This document shows, piece after piece, positions 29,175 to 41,000 of a stretch of DNA of 64,000 bases. A program made the translations under genes and the position numbers. The notes beneath the pieces are model-generated. The model worked only from the letters and a program-made list of their open reading frames with translations. It made no database searches and was not told the DNA's origin. Every line of letters starts with the position of its first letter. The first letter of the stretch is position 1. Source of the DNA: a virus; the IMG/VR virus record IMGVR_UViG_3300042521_002634, positions 1 to 64,000 of that record; one strand, written 5' to 3'.

Positions 29175-29987
29175 CTACGTCAATAACCTTAAGAGTTTAC
29201 TCATCTCAGAGGATACCTCTCCTTGAGAGTAAACGTCTCCACCGGACTTATACGATCGTAGACTTTTTGTGGCAACATTAGCGTCGTCTTTTCCAATCTT
29301 CTTTTCTACCTTTGCCATCATGTCTTCGATAAGATCTCGAAGAGCCGGAGGTAGATCACTAAATCTGACTTTCTGTGCGTCCTTGCCAAATGGCAATGGA
29401 AGATTGGCTATAACAAGCCCTAACTGTTTAGACGAAGACCTAATGTTTTCAAGGGCTTCAGCATTGAGTGCCCCTGAGTCAAGACGATCAATAATGCCGA
29501 TTAGATCATCAGCAGATTCAACCGCTTTTCCATAGTTTCCAGCATCGTCAAAGTTTTCGGCTTCCTCTACTTTTTGAATAACGTTATCAAGACCAGACTT
29601 ACCAGCGTCAAGTTTAATACGTGCAAGAACTTGACGAAATTGCCCAGACGCGTCTCTAGGCTGGTTAATGCCTGAAATGTATTTATCACTAGAGTTATCT
29701 GCAAAAACTGCTTCTACACCTGCCGTTTCTACCGTAACAACACCGTCTGGGATCACTGCAAACCTGCATTTGCCCATTGGTTCAACCTCTAATGAAATAA
29801 TTTTGCATGAAGATCCGCCTTCGTACAGAAGGCAGTTAGCGCAGGTTACTCCAATATCAGCCACGTCGTTTTCAGCCGCAGGAGTGTACCCTGCCCAAAT
29901 GCCTGTCTTATCTTCGTTAAACTTGCCATACTTTTCAGCAAGTTGAATAAGGGCTTCCGCTAGATCTCTCTCTTCAGGTACGATCAT
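29175..29987 (-). CDS. head-module protein with a HiPIP-like Cys4 motif and an RDxxGxF motif
   Basis: CANC..Y....C......P.GKC; QPRDASGQF. Confidence 0.6.
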   Translation of the reverse strand: MIVPEERDLAEALIQLAEKYGKFNEDKTGIWAGYTPAAENDVADIGVTCANCLLYEGGSSCKIISLEVEPMGKCRFAVIPDGVVTVETAGVEAVFADNSSDKYISGINQPRDASGQFRQVLARIKLDAGKSGLDNVIQKVEEAENFDDAGNYGKAVESADDLIGIIDRLDSGALNAEALENIRSSSKQLGLVIANLPLPFGKDAQKVRFSDLPPALRDLIEDMMAKVEKKIGKDDANVATKSLRSYKSGGDVYSQGEVSSEMSKLLRLLT

Positions 29988-29996
29988 TAGCGGCTA

Positions 29997-32900
29997 TTAC
30001 TTCTGCGTTTCTTCGTCAGTAGCCTTGAGTGAAGCGACGCGGGCTTGAATGTCGTTGATAACGTCATCATCAGTCAGGCTGGCTGCTTTCCATTTTTCTG
30101 GAACTACGTCGCTCTTCTTGAGGCGACGAGCGCTCTTGATGATGTGACGGCGAACGGCTGCTCGCTTGCTTGGCTTAGCACGACCGTACGCTTGAATGGC
30201 GTTCTTAAGCTCCTCAACGCTACGAATAGGGAACGATCCGTCTGGAAGAGCTTTGCCTTCTCCAGCCAGTTTTTCACGAACTTGTCGTGATATGTACCCA
30301 AGAGTGTCGTACTCAAATGAAGACCTAACTTTGTCTGACAGTTCTTCAGCTTTAGCCGCCAATTCTGCTTTCTTCTCTGCTCGAACTTGATTTACGATTG
30401 TCGAAGCAGCTTGAATTTTTGCAAGAAGTTCTGCTTTTTCAAGCGTCTCAATTCTCTCAACGCGGGCGTTAAGTTCTGCTATTGGATCAGACTTAAGTCT
30501 TGCAAGAGTAGCTGCGCCTGCAGCAACAAGAGCGTAAACTTGACCGCCAGCGACACGTGCACGGGCGATTGGGAAGCCAGGAACGTTCACCTGACAAACA
30601 GCGACGAGCTCAAGGTGACCCTTGATTGGGCGCCAGTCTCCAGATGGAGCAGAAGCACGAAGCGCGCGGATCTGCTCTGGCCTAGCGTCTGGACGCAGAG
30701 AACCTGCTACCCAGATGCCATGAGCGTCTTCACCAGCGTGTACGTCAGCAATTGCTGATGCAGTGTCGTCGTAGTGACGTACCGCTTCGGCGGCACTGGC
30801 CTCAAGCGAGGCATGACCGCCGGCTAGTGTTAGTTGCCCTACTGGCGCATCACTGCCGTCATCTGTGCGAACTACTCCTGTGTGGAAGTACGAGTACTTA
30901 CTGCGTGAACGAGGAGGCTTTGTGCCAAATGACATTCCGATGTGGTCTACGTGCCATGCGGCAATGTGACCAAACACGCGCCCTTCGTCGGTAACTGTCA
31001 AAGGAGTTGCCTCTTTTAACTTAGGATCTGCGAACCACGTCGCCGGTGGGACAACTGGGATTGAACTTGCGATCATGCCGCAGGCGACAAGCGCCGCTGC
31101 GTCTAGTTCATTTGCATCATCCGTGTAGATTCCGTCTGAAACCACTTCTGCCTCCTGATTTTGACTTTCGTCAGTATTTTCTTCTATGTAGATCTTGCAT
31201 TGTTGAAACGCAGGCTTAGGGACCATTGTAACTGCCATTACTCTAGCCTTAGTTATCTTAATCTTGCTTCCACCGATCTTTTTATCGGTAGAATCTCCTG
31301 CTTCATCGTTAATTTCTTCGCTTGCTTCAAACATGTCAAGGTCTGCAGACACTCCACTAATGAATCCTTCACTAACCATTCTTTCTGCTTCACGTCCGTA
31401 TGGGCTTGAATCAAAGACACCGCGGCAGTTGCCGATACCGCCATCTACTCGCTCCATTTGATCGATACGACCGACAACAACTGAGCCATCGTGCCCTGCG
31501 CCTGTCTTTATCTGCCACAGCAAAGGCAAAGGCAGCTCACGCATAGAAATTGCTTCTTTTTCAAACATTCTGCCGTCGCCAGATTCTTTTTCTTCTGGAA
31601 TTACAAGAGGAATGTAGAACGTTGCGCCACTGTGCATGTCGCCACCTGCTGTCAAGACACGTAAACGAGCGTCATCAGCCTGCGCTGAAAGAATCGCCGC
31701 GTTGACGTATTCTTCGCTCGAGACGATATCGTCTGCGGCAAGTGCTCCACGATTTTTTCTTCCGTACAGTTGACGGTGAAGCTTGTCACCAGTCCATAGT
31801 CCGGTTACTTCCTTATGACGCAATGCGCAGTATCCTTTTGCACGAGGACCCATATACTTAGCAAGTTGACGATAGCAACGAGTCCAGTCGCCAGGAGTTC
31901 CCCAGCGAATTTTTAGAGCGCCTTTGCCGACAGTCCAGTAGCGGCGAAGTCGTTCTGCGTTTCCACGGTTACGGTCCAGACCACCTTGCGCAAACTCAAG
32001 GCCTGCAGTCATCGCGCCGTCTACTTGCTGCAGCACGTCTTTGTACACGTCAGTGTCGAGCGGAACTACTGGAGGCGGTGTTGGCGAATTGAGATCTGCA
32101 AGAATCTGCGCGTCTTCAACCCACTGGCCATTGACTCGCTTAAAGGTCATCGGCGAGGTTGACGTCGTGCTTGCAGGAATCACGGCCACAAGGTCGAGCA
32201 CAGCGCGAGGATCATCTGGTGAAACGATAGCAACGTACATTGGATCTACGTCTGAGGTTTCTGGCGTTAGTTGTTTTCCAGGCTTGTTAGGAGTAACTTT
32301 GACTTCTTCTTTTTCAGCCTCGGCTGCAGAAATTAGCGGTTGGTACCAAAGATTGTTTTTCTTTTTCTTAAAGAAATCTTGAAGCAGCGGATGATTCTTC
32401 GCGCTGCCAGTGTAGAGTTCGACACCTGTCTGCTTTTCTAGTTCTTTTAGATACTCAGACTTTTCGTAGACGCGTGGACGAGGTCCAGTCTGTGGCGTCT
32501 CTATCTTCGCCGGTTGCTGCTTGTCTCGCTGCTCTTTAACCCAAGCAGGGAAATCTGCAATTATAGTTTTAAGATCACGAGATGTTAGTCCAGGCAGTCC
32601 GCCGGGAATAACTGCGTTCGGACGATCGATTGGAGCTCGTGGTTGAGCAAGAATTCCGGAAGTGTCGATAGGCGAAGGCGCGATTCCATCAGCCTCGGCG
32701 GCTTCTTGTTTAATTATTGCGCCTTCTTTTTCAGTTTGAGTAGCTGGAACTGTGACGCTTTCACCAGAGTCAAGTTTAACTACAACGTTTTTAGATGCGC
32801 CGTCAATGCCTGTAATGTACCCACGACCATTGACTGCGTCTCCACCGACAATTACTCTTGAGCCTGCAGAAGCAAATCTTCCAGTTCTGTCACGAACTTG

Positions 32901-33983
32901 TGAACGAGCTTTTTGCGAGCGCTCTTCTGGAGTGTATTGCCCTGGTGTTATGTCAGTAGAACTTGGAGTTTCGCCAGCAGCGACAACTGCACGGTCTACT
33001 AATTCCCAGTCAATTTCATCAGCCGCAAGAAGAACCATCTGTGCTTCTTCTGAGTTCAGACTGCGAACTGAGACAGGAGTGTAAGGCGACTGCTGCAGAT
33101 GAGCAGAAATAATCAACGCTGAGTCTACGTCAAGAAGAATATGTTGCTTTTCAACGTCATCACTTTCTTCATCTAGCTCCGCGTCATAAATTAAAAAGTC
33201 ACCATCGATTTCTCCAAGATCGTCCCAACGTCCGCCGTCCCACACCGACACAGTGCCGTCGATGTCAACTCTGTACAAGCGATCGATGCCACTGCCGTCC
33301 ATACGAGTTCTTCCTACAAACTCTGGGCCATTTCCTTCTCCAAGTTCGTACGCTTGCTTAAACGCGTCGATATCTCCATCGTAGTCTGCTACAGCACTGT
33401 ACAGCGCAAAGTCATCGCTGCCAGCCGCACGCATTGCTTTCTTATTTTCACGTTCTACGATCGCACGAGCCCAGCGCCATGCAGAGTCTCCACCCCAAAG
33501 AGCCCACGCTATTCTTCCGTTAGATGGAAAGCCGTCTTGACCTGGCTTGTAGCCTTTGGCTTTTTTGTCAACTTCATGACGTGGAAAGTACTTTGCGATA
33601 TGACGAACTTTTTTAATTCCAATTTGACCGCCTGCAGCAAGTCTGCGAGCAGTATTCATTCCAACTGGAGTCCCTGCGCGATCGTATTCTTTTCTCCAGT
33701 TAAGGCCGCGTTTGGCTTCTTCTTGAACTGCCTTGGGTATCGTGTACATTCTGCTTGAGGCTACGAGCACCTCAACGCGAAGATCTGCTAGAGAACCGTG
33801 TGCTAGATCTACCACGGAGTTTGAAGCGGTTTCTGTGGAAGCACTCCAGTCCATCGCTGAAGAAAGCAGTTGAAATGACCCGACTTCAACAACTAAGTTC
33901 GCGTCTTGGTCAATAATGACTGCGTTGCTGTCATCGTCGCTAAACAAAAGGTAGTTGCCATTTTGGCCGTGAAGTGTGGTCAT
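29997..33983 (-). CDS. multidomain capsid maturation protease polyprotein
   Basis: SGDGRMF...LPLPLLWQ...HDGSVVVGRI...GVSADLD protease domain; second GRVFGHIA...SGDWR...VNVPGF domain; C-terminal DGSFPI...AIQAYGRA module. Confidence 0.8.
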   Translation of the reverse strand: MTTLHGQNGNYLLFSDDDSNAVIIDQDANLVVEVGSFQLLSSAMDWSASTETASNSVVDLAHGSLADLRVEVLVASSRMYTIPKAVQEEAKRGLNWRKEYDRAGTPVGMNTARRLAAGGQIGIKKVRHIAKYFPRHEVDKKAKGYKPGQDGFPSNGRIAWALWGGDSAWRWARAIVERENKKAMRAAGSDDFALYSAVADYDGDIDAFKQAYELGEGNGPEFVGRTRMDGSGIDRLYRVDIDGTVSVWDGGRWDDLGEIDGDFLIYDAELDEESDDVEKQHILLDVDSALIISAHLQQSPYTPVSVRSLNSEEAQMVLLAADEIDWELVDRAVVAAGETPSSTDITPGQYTPEERSQKARSQVRDRTGRFASAGSRVIVGGDAVNGRGYITGIDGASKNVVVKLDSGESVTVPATQTEKEGAIIKQEAAEADGIAPSPIDTSGILAQPRAPIDRPNAVIPGGLPGLTSRDLKTIIADFPAWVKEQRDKQQPAKIETPQTGPRPRVYEKSEYLKELEKQTGVELYTGSAKNHPLLQDFFKKKKNNLWYQPLISAAEAEKEEVKVTPNKPGKQLTPETSDVDPMYVAIVSPDDPRAVLDLVAVIPASTTSTSPMTFKRVNGQWVEDAQILADLNSPTPPPVVPLDTDVYKDVLQQVDGAMTAGLEFAQGGLDRNRGNAERLRRYWTVGKGALKIRWGTPGDWTRCYRQLAKYMGPRAKGYCALRHKEVTGLWTGDKLHRQLYGRKNRGALAADDIVSSEEYVNAAILSAQADDARLRVLTAGGDMHSGATFYIPLVIPEEKESGDGRMFEKEAISMRELPLPLLWQIKTGAGHDGSVVVGRIDQMERVDGGIGNCRGVFDSSPYGREAERMVSEGFISGVSADLDMFEASEEINDEAGDSTDKKIGGSKIKITKARVMAVTMVPKPAFQQCKIYIEENTDESQNQEAEVVSDGIYTDDANELDAAALVACGMIASSIPVVPPATWFADPKLKEATPLTVTDEGRVFGHIAAWHVDHIGMSFGTKPPRSRSKYSYFHTGVVRTDDGSDAPVGQLTLAGGHASLEASAAEAVRHYDDTASAIADVHAGEDAHGIWVAGSLRPDARPEQIRALRASAPSGDWRPIKGHLELVAVCQVNVPGFPIARARVAGGQVYALVAAGAATLARLKSDPIAELNARVERIETLEKAELLAKIQAASTIVNQVRAEKKAELAAKAEELSDKVRSSFEYDTLGYISRQVREKLAGEGKALPDGSFPIRSVEELKNAIQAYGRAKPSKRAAVRRHIIKSARRLKKSDVVPEKWKAASLTDDDVINDIQARVASLKATDEETQK

Positions 33984-34705
33984 CGATATTCGCTTTCTTC
34001 TTTAACAGTATCAGCAACTGGACCACCGGCAATCCACGCATCGCACGTACGAGAGGCGGCGCATTTGAAGTCAAGAGCCTCGCAATAGCCAAGTTCAGCA
34101 GCTTCGTCGATCGCGTCCCAGTTGCTGTAGTTGTAGGCGACGTTACTTTGCCCACTCTCAAGACCTTGTTGTATGCATTCTTTCATCTGTGTTGTTACGA
34201 TAAACACGGCGCAGTTGCCGCATCTTGACGTTTGTGCCTCTTCGATGGTGACGTTCCAGCGGTCAGCTTTTTTCTGCCAAAATTCTTCGTTCGGCTCGGC
34301 TGGGTTAAGTGGCCCGTAGCCGACGTTGTCGATCGCGTTCTGACGGTTAGTAAGATTCAACGAGATATCTTGAGTTGCTGGCGGGCAGTCGCCGGCAGCA
34401 GCCGTCATTGGGCGCTTAGTCGCGTAGGCGTCAGCGTCTGCGGAAGTTAAGGTCGTGCCAGCTGCCTCTGCTTTATCGTACACTGGAATAAATTCTAAAG
34501 TTACTTGATATACCTCAAGATCATTGAGGATGTCGGAGTCGTCGATCATAATCGGCAGCCAAGTACCGTCTGCACGCACGTACATTTTCTTTTTTTCTTG
34601 GCTTGAAAACACGAGGTAGGTGATATTTGCGCTCTCAGCGTCGACACCAGCGAAGAGAATCTCATTCTCTTTAATCTCTGTTGGCCATTGTTTAGCAACG
34701 TTCAT
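33980..34705 (-). CDS. head-module protein with a Cys-rich C-terminal domain
   Basis: CPPATQD..LNLTNR..YGPLNP..CGNC..GYC...FKCAASRTCDAW. Confidence 0.7.
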   Translation of the reverse strand: MNVAKQWPTEIKENEILFAGVDAESANITYLVFSSQEKKKMYVRADGTWLPIMIDDSDILNDLEVYQVTLEFIPVYDKAEAAGTTLTSADADAYATKRPMTAAAGDCPPATQDISLNLTNRQNAIDNVGYGPLNPAEPNEEFWQKKADRWNVTIEEAQTSRCGNCAVFIVTTQMKECIQQGLESGQSNVAYNYSNWDAIDEAAELGYCEALDFKCAASRTCDAWIAGGPVADTVKEESEYR

Positions 34706-35086
34706 TTAGTACCTGCCGTCTATTGATTCTTTAAACATTTTTTCCATTTGTTCAGCTGACGCCGTTTTCTTCTTAGAACCTGACAAAAACCAAGACCTGT
34801 CAGAATCTTGAAAAGCGCGGATAGTATACTGAGCACCGCGCGATGTAAACTTTATTATTCCTTCTTTTTCGTTTATATCAAGATCCTCATCAGATTGTAA
34901 CGGGTACTCGGATGTACGAGAGTACATAGGGCACATAACTGCAGTTCCTCTAAGACGCACTGAGAACACAGGGCGCGATCCAGCAGGCTTGCCATCTATA
35001 GACGTATCTAAAACTGCAACACCTTCCACAAGAAGATACATAGTTTCTGACGACTTATAGTCTGCTATTTTTAGTTTTCTGGCCAT
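34706..35086 (-). CDS. hypothetical protein
   Basis: 126-aa ORF tightly packed in the operon. Confidence 0.7.
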   Translation of the reverse strand: MARKLKIADYKSSETMYLLVEGVAVLDTSIDGKPAGSRPVFSVRLRGTAVMCPMYSRTSEYPLQSDEDLDINEKEGIIKFTSRGAQYTIRAFQDSDRSWFLSGSKKKTASAEQMEKMFKESIDGRY

Positions 35087-35089
35087 AAG

Positions 35090-38000
35090 TTAGTTAGATC
35101 CTTTGCTTTGTTCATCTGAAGTAAGATACGTCCACCCTGGGAAATCGTTTTCAATTTCTTGATACTCATAGGTAAACGGTGCGCCAATAGCTCCCGTGTA
35201 CCTGGTGTACGAAAGATACGCGCCGTTAGTAAGACGAACGATGACTCTTTCTTGTTTTTCATTGTTCAGGTCTTTGACTGCAACAATGACCGCGTTTTCA
35301 TCTACTGGCGGAGCGTATTCTTTTGCCCGTCCTGATGGATCTTCATTTAGCCAGTCTTTGTACTTTTTCGCGCCACCAAAATCTTCTCCAAACCTGGTTT
35401 TAAGATTTTCATCTAGTTTTGTTTGGAACTTCTTAACTGCGCCTTCTTTTTCCATAACTACACCTTGACCGCCAACTGTCACAACTTCGTCAACAGACCT
35501 TCCGTTTATTTCAGTTATTCCGCGGTTCTTGAGTTCTTCAATCAAAAATGGAACTACTCTTGTGTGAACAACGATGTCTTTTAGCATATCAGTGCTAACT
35601 CTGTCCTTGAACATCAGCTCATAGCCGCCAGGAGCAGCGTTCTTAAGATTGTCGTTTTCTTCAGATCTAGCGCCATAAGTATCGACGTAGTTGGCATAGA
35701 AATCAAGTCGCGTGAACAGATCAACCGCGTCAAATGTCACTGTAGCGTCACTGGCGTCACTGACGCCGTAGCCGATACTTGAGGTTACAGTCATGTCTTT
35801 AGGCGAGAAGAATACGTAGTCTGCACCGCCCGTGGCCATGTCAGTTTCTGAAGACTGACCCGAGCCGCCGACGCCTTCGGTCCATCTTGCCAACGTCGAC
35901 ATAAGTGCTCTGTTTGGCCCAACGATAATGTCTGCTATCTTTTTGGCCGCAAGTTCTGGGTCAGGGCGGTACCCAGCAGACACAGTTAAATTATGCTCTG
36001 CAATTTCAATTTTAGCTTCTTTTGCCAAAGCTGCTGCTTTTTCTTTAGAAACTCGCATCTCGATACGGCCATTGGCGCCAACACCAACGTAGACGTCTTC
36101 AACTCCAATACCGTATTTAGTTTTTACTTCAGAGAGAATCTCTTGTCTGACTTCTGGTCTAGCTTCATTTCTTGACGCATTTGTTTTTCCACCAAGCACG
36201 CTCATAAGCCGATTTTCAATAAGAACGCGAAAATCTTGCTCTACCGATGGGCGTGGGTCAACAACGCCAGCAATATTAAATGCTGAGCGCACGCTGTCTG
36301 GCGACACGCCGTCTGGGACATCTATGATTACATAGTTGTTTAAGGCATTAACTACTTCATCGTAGTCCTCAACGCTTCGTGAAAAGACATGGTCTGTGTA
36401 AGAGCCTTGCGCTCCACGGAAAAATTGAATTTTTACGCCGTTAGGTAGTGTTGCTTCATATGTTGTTCCGTGGCGCCAATTGTTATAAACATTTGTATCT
36501 GGCTTTAAAGCTGGGACTGCAGCATCTTTTCGACTAATCTCTTTGAGTGCTACTCCATTAGTTATTGTGTACTCGTTGCGTTTAAGATCTTGTACATCTT
36601 TATACAATTGTTCACCAGCCCAAGCTGTGAGCTTGTATCTCATTCGAGTTATTTGCTCAGACGTCTCAAGAGAGCGTAGTCTAGTTACACGAACTGACAT
36701 GTCTTCTATGTCAGTCGAGTCTATCGCCGCGTAAGAACCAATAATTGCTGCATTCGGCTCGTCTGAAGCTACAAACGCAAACGCATCTGCAAGAGACGGC
36801 GTGCCAGGTATTCCTGAAGAAGTGTATGGTAACGCTTCTTCAATAATTACTGGCTCAACGCCTGGTCCAACTACTCCCTGCTGTTTATCTTTTTTACTTT
36901 TTGGAGGTTCAGGCGCTCTAGGAGCTAGAGGCATGTTGTCTGGAAACGGAACTTCAGGAGCTTTGGGAGCCCCTTTCGGGGCTTCAGCTTTTGGGAGTTC
37001 AGGTCCAGACGGTTCCGGTGCTGTAGGCGTGCCACCGCCGCCACCTTCTCCACCAACAATTTCAAGAGTCTTAGTTGACTTAATTTTTTCCTTGCTACCG
37101 TCTGTTGGCTTGACGTAGACGTAGTTCCAGTTAGATGGATCATAGCGATGAACAACGTACGTCACACCGTCTTTAGACTTAACTGTCATTCCTGGTTTTA
37201 CCAGTGTGACTTTGTCTTTTGAAAGTCCTAGTCCGCTACCAGGCGGTGGAAGATCTTTGTCGATGACGACAACAGGATCGTAGATCGTGCCATCTAAGTT
37301 CTTGATTATATGATCAATCGCTTCAGCTGTGGCTTCTTTTGCAACTGGCTCACCGCCGCTTGCTGAAATTTCATCACGAAGAGCGGCGAGTTCAGCTGCT
37401 GCCTCTTCACGAGTTATTTCACCGGCGTCGTAGCGCTCGCGAATATCTTCAATCTTTGCACGAGTCTTCTTGTACTTAGACTTATCACTGCCTTCAAGAC
37501 CCCAGTCGCTAGAAAGATACGTTTCAATATCGTCAAAGATGACGTCAAACGCATTGCTAACTTCTTCATCGCTTGGTAGTTGCCGTACTTTTGGCTCAGC
37601 AAGTTCAGCGTCTGTCGGTGTTGCTTCTGCGATTAGCTCGTTTACAGAAGGCAGATCGCATGGATTAGTTGCTGCAGACGTTAGTCCGCCTTCGCAATTC
37701 CAACCTTTAGCGATTGCTTTGTCCATCGCAAAACGAGCAAGTTCATCTTTAAATGCTTCGATAGACTCAGGACTCTTGTCTGCTGGAGCTGTCGGCCGCT
37801 GAGCAACTTCTGGCATATTTAGTACAGAGTCTTCAATGTCAAATCTGTCTAGAACGTCAGCACGACGCTTCTTTAACCGATCTTTGAGACCTTCAGCCAT
37901 GCCAGGATCTGTGACGATTGAATCAACTATTTGATCAATTCTTTGAGGAGTGATGTCCAGCAGTTTTTGAGCTGACGCTTTGCGCTGTTCTTCAGTCATT

Positions 38001-41000
38001 CCACCAAAGACTCTAGATGCTGATGGGTTGATGTCCGGATCTGTAAGAGTATCAATCTCGCCTACGCTGTCGCCAAACATGTCGCCTTTTTCAGCGCCAC
38101 GAGCACGGAACAGCAGTGCGCCACCCGGATCTACACGAAGAGGATTTCCATCGTTATCTACAACTATGTTGTCGTACACGAGGCCAGCGACATCGTAGTT
38201 ACCGAGCCACGCGTCAATTGCAAAATCTTCGCGGATCTTATCAATGAACTCACCGTCATTTAGTCGATCAGCAAGAGTTTCACCAGTTGTTGAAACAATA
38301 GGTGACACTGTACGTGGTGCGCCGTCTGCTTCACCTACGCGAACGTCTACAGCGTTTACGCCTAGTTCTTTGTAGAATGCAGACGCAAGAGCTTCGTTCT
38401 CTGCGTGCTTGAGAGACTTAGATTCTTTTACGTAGTAGATGTCACCATCTGGGTCTTCGTACGTTCCGCCGAGGTTTGAACCGAGTTGCGGTCCAACTTT
38501 GTCCCAGCTTGCGACGTTTGGCTTGGCTGGTGTGTCAACTGCTGCGTCGTCACCTGGTCCAAAAATATCTGAGTCAGCTGCACCACCGTCAGCGTCAACG
38601 CCAGAAGCTGAAACTTGGCGCAAACTCACGACAGTCAAGTCTGTTCGTCCACCCATTTCAACTCTGCGAGTGCTGTCTACTTCGTAATTACCCCAAGCAA
38701 TATGCTCTGCTTCTCCTGAAAACCAAGACACAGACGCGAACGAGATTGAAGTACCCTCATTTGGCTGTATCTCAAACACAATATGCGTTGTCTCGCTGTT
38801 TGGAGGATACTTCAGCAGCGACACGATATCCTCAGCTGCTTCATCTTTAGTTGTAAATGAGCGAGCGTCAATAGGCAGAACTACGCCAGGAGTTAGGTAC
38901 TGCTGAAGTGCCGGGTCATCTTTTCTCACGTCGATGTAACGATGAAGGCGAACATCATTCTTTTCAGCGGACGCGGCCATCAAACGGAAAAACGCTCCAG
39001 CTGAAGATTGATCTGAGAATATGTCAGCATCTCCGTCAGAGATAGCTTCTTTTCCTGTAGTCCACTCCGGGTACCCGCCGTACTCACTAATCAGCCTGTC
39101 GTACTCTGCTAGCGCGACTTCTTCATCTCCGCCGCTTTGACGTTTAACAGACTCATAGACTGCGCGACGGAAGCCGCTAGTGCTTTGTACTGGTCGCTTG
39201 TCGTCCATATCGTTTGTTGATCCACCGTCGATACTCATCAGCATTCCCCAGAAACCTCTAAAAGCTTCTCGTTCATCAGCTGAGTCACTAAACGACCACG
39301 GCATATAGCTGTCTAATACATTTCCAAGATTTTCAGCGCTGTACTCGTTTAAGTTTGGATCATTTTGACGGTTAATAAGATCGTCTGCAACTTCTTTAAT
39401 GCTTGGATTCTTTTCTTCATTCTTCGCAGCGTCTGTCATCTGCGCCACAGCAAGCGCTGCGCGTTGCGGAGTTGCTAGCTCGCCATTACGCTTGATCGCT
39501 TGCTTGATTTCCCAATCGCGTGCAGTATTGATGTCAGCCGGGTTAAAGTCTTCTCCACCGATCTTGTCAAGGTCGTCTCGCTGCATAGTGATGCGCTCAA
39601 CGTTTGTTTCACTGCCTTCAGGTAACGCGGAGTCGTAGATGCCAGCGACAACAATGTCGGAGTCGATTCCAGCAAAATCAAGTGATTCATACAAAGCTTC
39701 TGCTGGAACTGCTTCATCGCCACCGTCAAATGGCAAATAGCCAAGTCCGATCGCAACGTCACCATCGCTAGACGGTACCAACGCTTGACGAAGAGCTTTC
39801 TGTAGATTTTCTGCAGTAAAACTATTCGCTAAAATCTGAGGATCATCAGTGTAGTCTGTGCTGTCTTGGTCTACACGTCCGCGTGGGTTGTATTGCTCGA
39901 ACACATTTAGTTTGTACGAATCGTCAGAAGTGATAAACGTTTCATCGAACAATGATTGATCTACTGGATCGTTAGTCTCAGGCGTACTAGGAGCTTTTTC
40001 TGCAGTAAGGTACGGCACTGCTCCTTCTTCACTGGCTAACTTTCTAATAGATTTCTCGGCGTTGGACTTAGCTTTTTCTATAGAGAAACCACGAAGCTCG
40101 ACGTTTTCTATTTGCTTTTTCAGACTGTTATAGATTTGATCGTTGTTTGGCACGTCGTCAATAGCTACGCCAAGTAGATCTAAAACTTCGCTTGCATCGA
40201 CAGCTCCACTGTTATAAGAGTCGAATAACGCTTTTACTTCGCTAACTACACCGTCTAGCGCCGAAGGCTCAGCAGCGACTTCAAGTTCTGCACGCCTACC
40301 ACTAAAATCAATAGTTGGAAGAGAGAGATACTCATCAACTGCTTCCTTGAGCACAGAACCGGCGTCTTGCATGTCTGCATTAGTCGCGTTAGAGAGAAGT
40401 TCTGCCATTTCTCCAAGGTCAGCGCGAGCTTGATCGAAGTAAATATCGTTAAGCTGCGAGCCCTCTGGGTCTATGTTGTCTAGCGCGTCTCTAGCAGAGT
40501 CCGACAGCTTATTGATTTTTTCAAGAATGTTCGCATCGTCGTCGTCTAAGTCATCGAGATCTGCATCATCAATGTCTGTAAGAATTCCTTCCGCTGTAAG
40601 TGCGCCTTCGTCAAGAATGTCTCGAGCAGCTTCTGGTGATGTAAACGGTGGCTCGCCTGGGCCGGCAGTTGGCAGATCAAGCTCGTCTCCCCATCTATCT
40701 ACAAATGCATTAACAGCATCTTCTACAGACGTTTCGCCATTTTCTATTTGCGAAGCTTGATCGTTTAGATAATCAAGCACATCGTCTGTTAGACTATCAA
40801 CGTCTACGCCTTTTTCTTCTAACGCTTCTGTTAGCTTGCTTACAATCTCTTGAGATTTGCCGTAGTCGTCTGGCTCGTCTGGACCGCCTGTAGGTGGCTT
40901 GCCTGGGGCGCCGGCTGGTGGCTCGCCCGGGCCTTCGGTTGTTCCGCCAAACGCACGCGCAATTTCTTCGTCGTCGTAGCCGAGTATGTCAGCGATTTTT

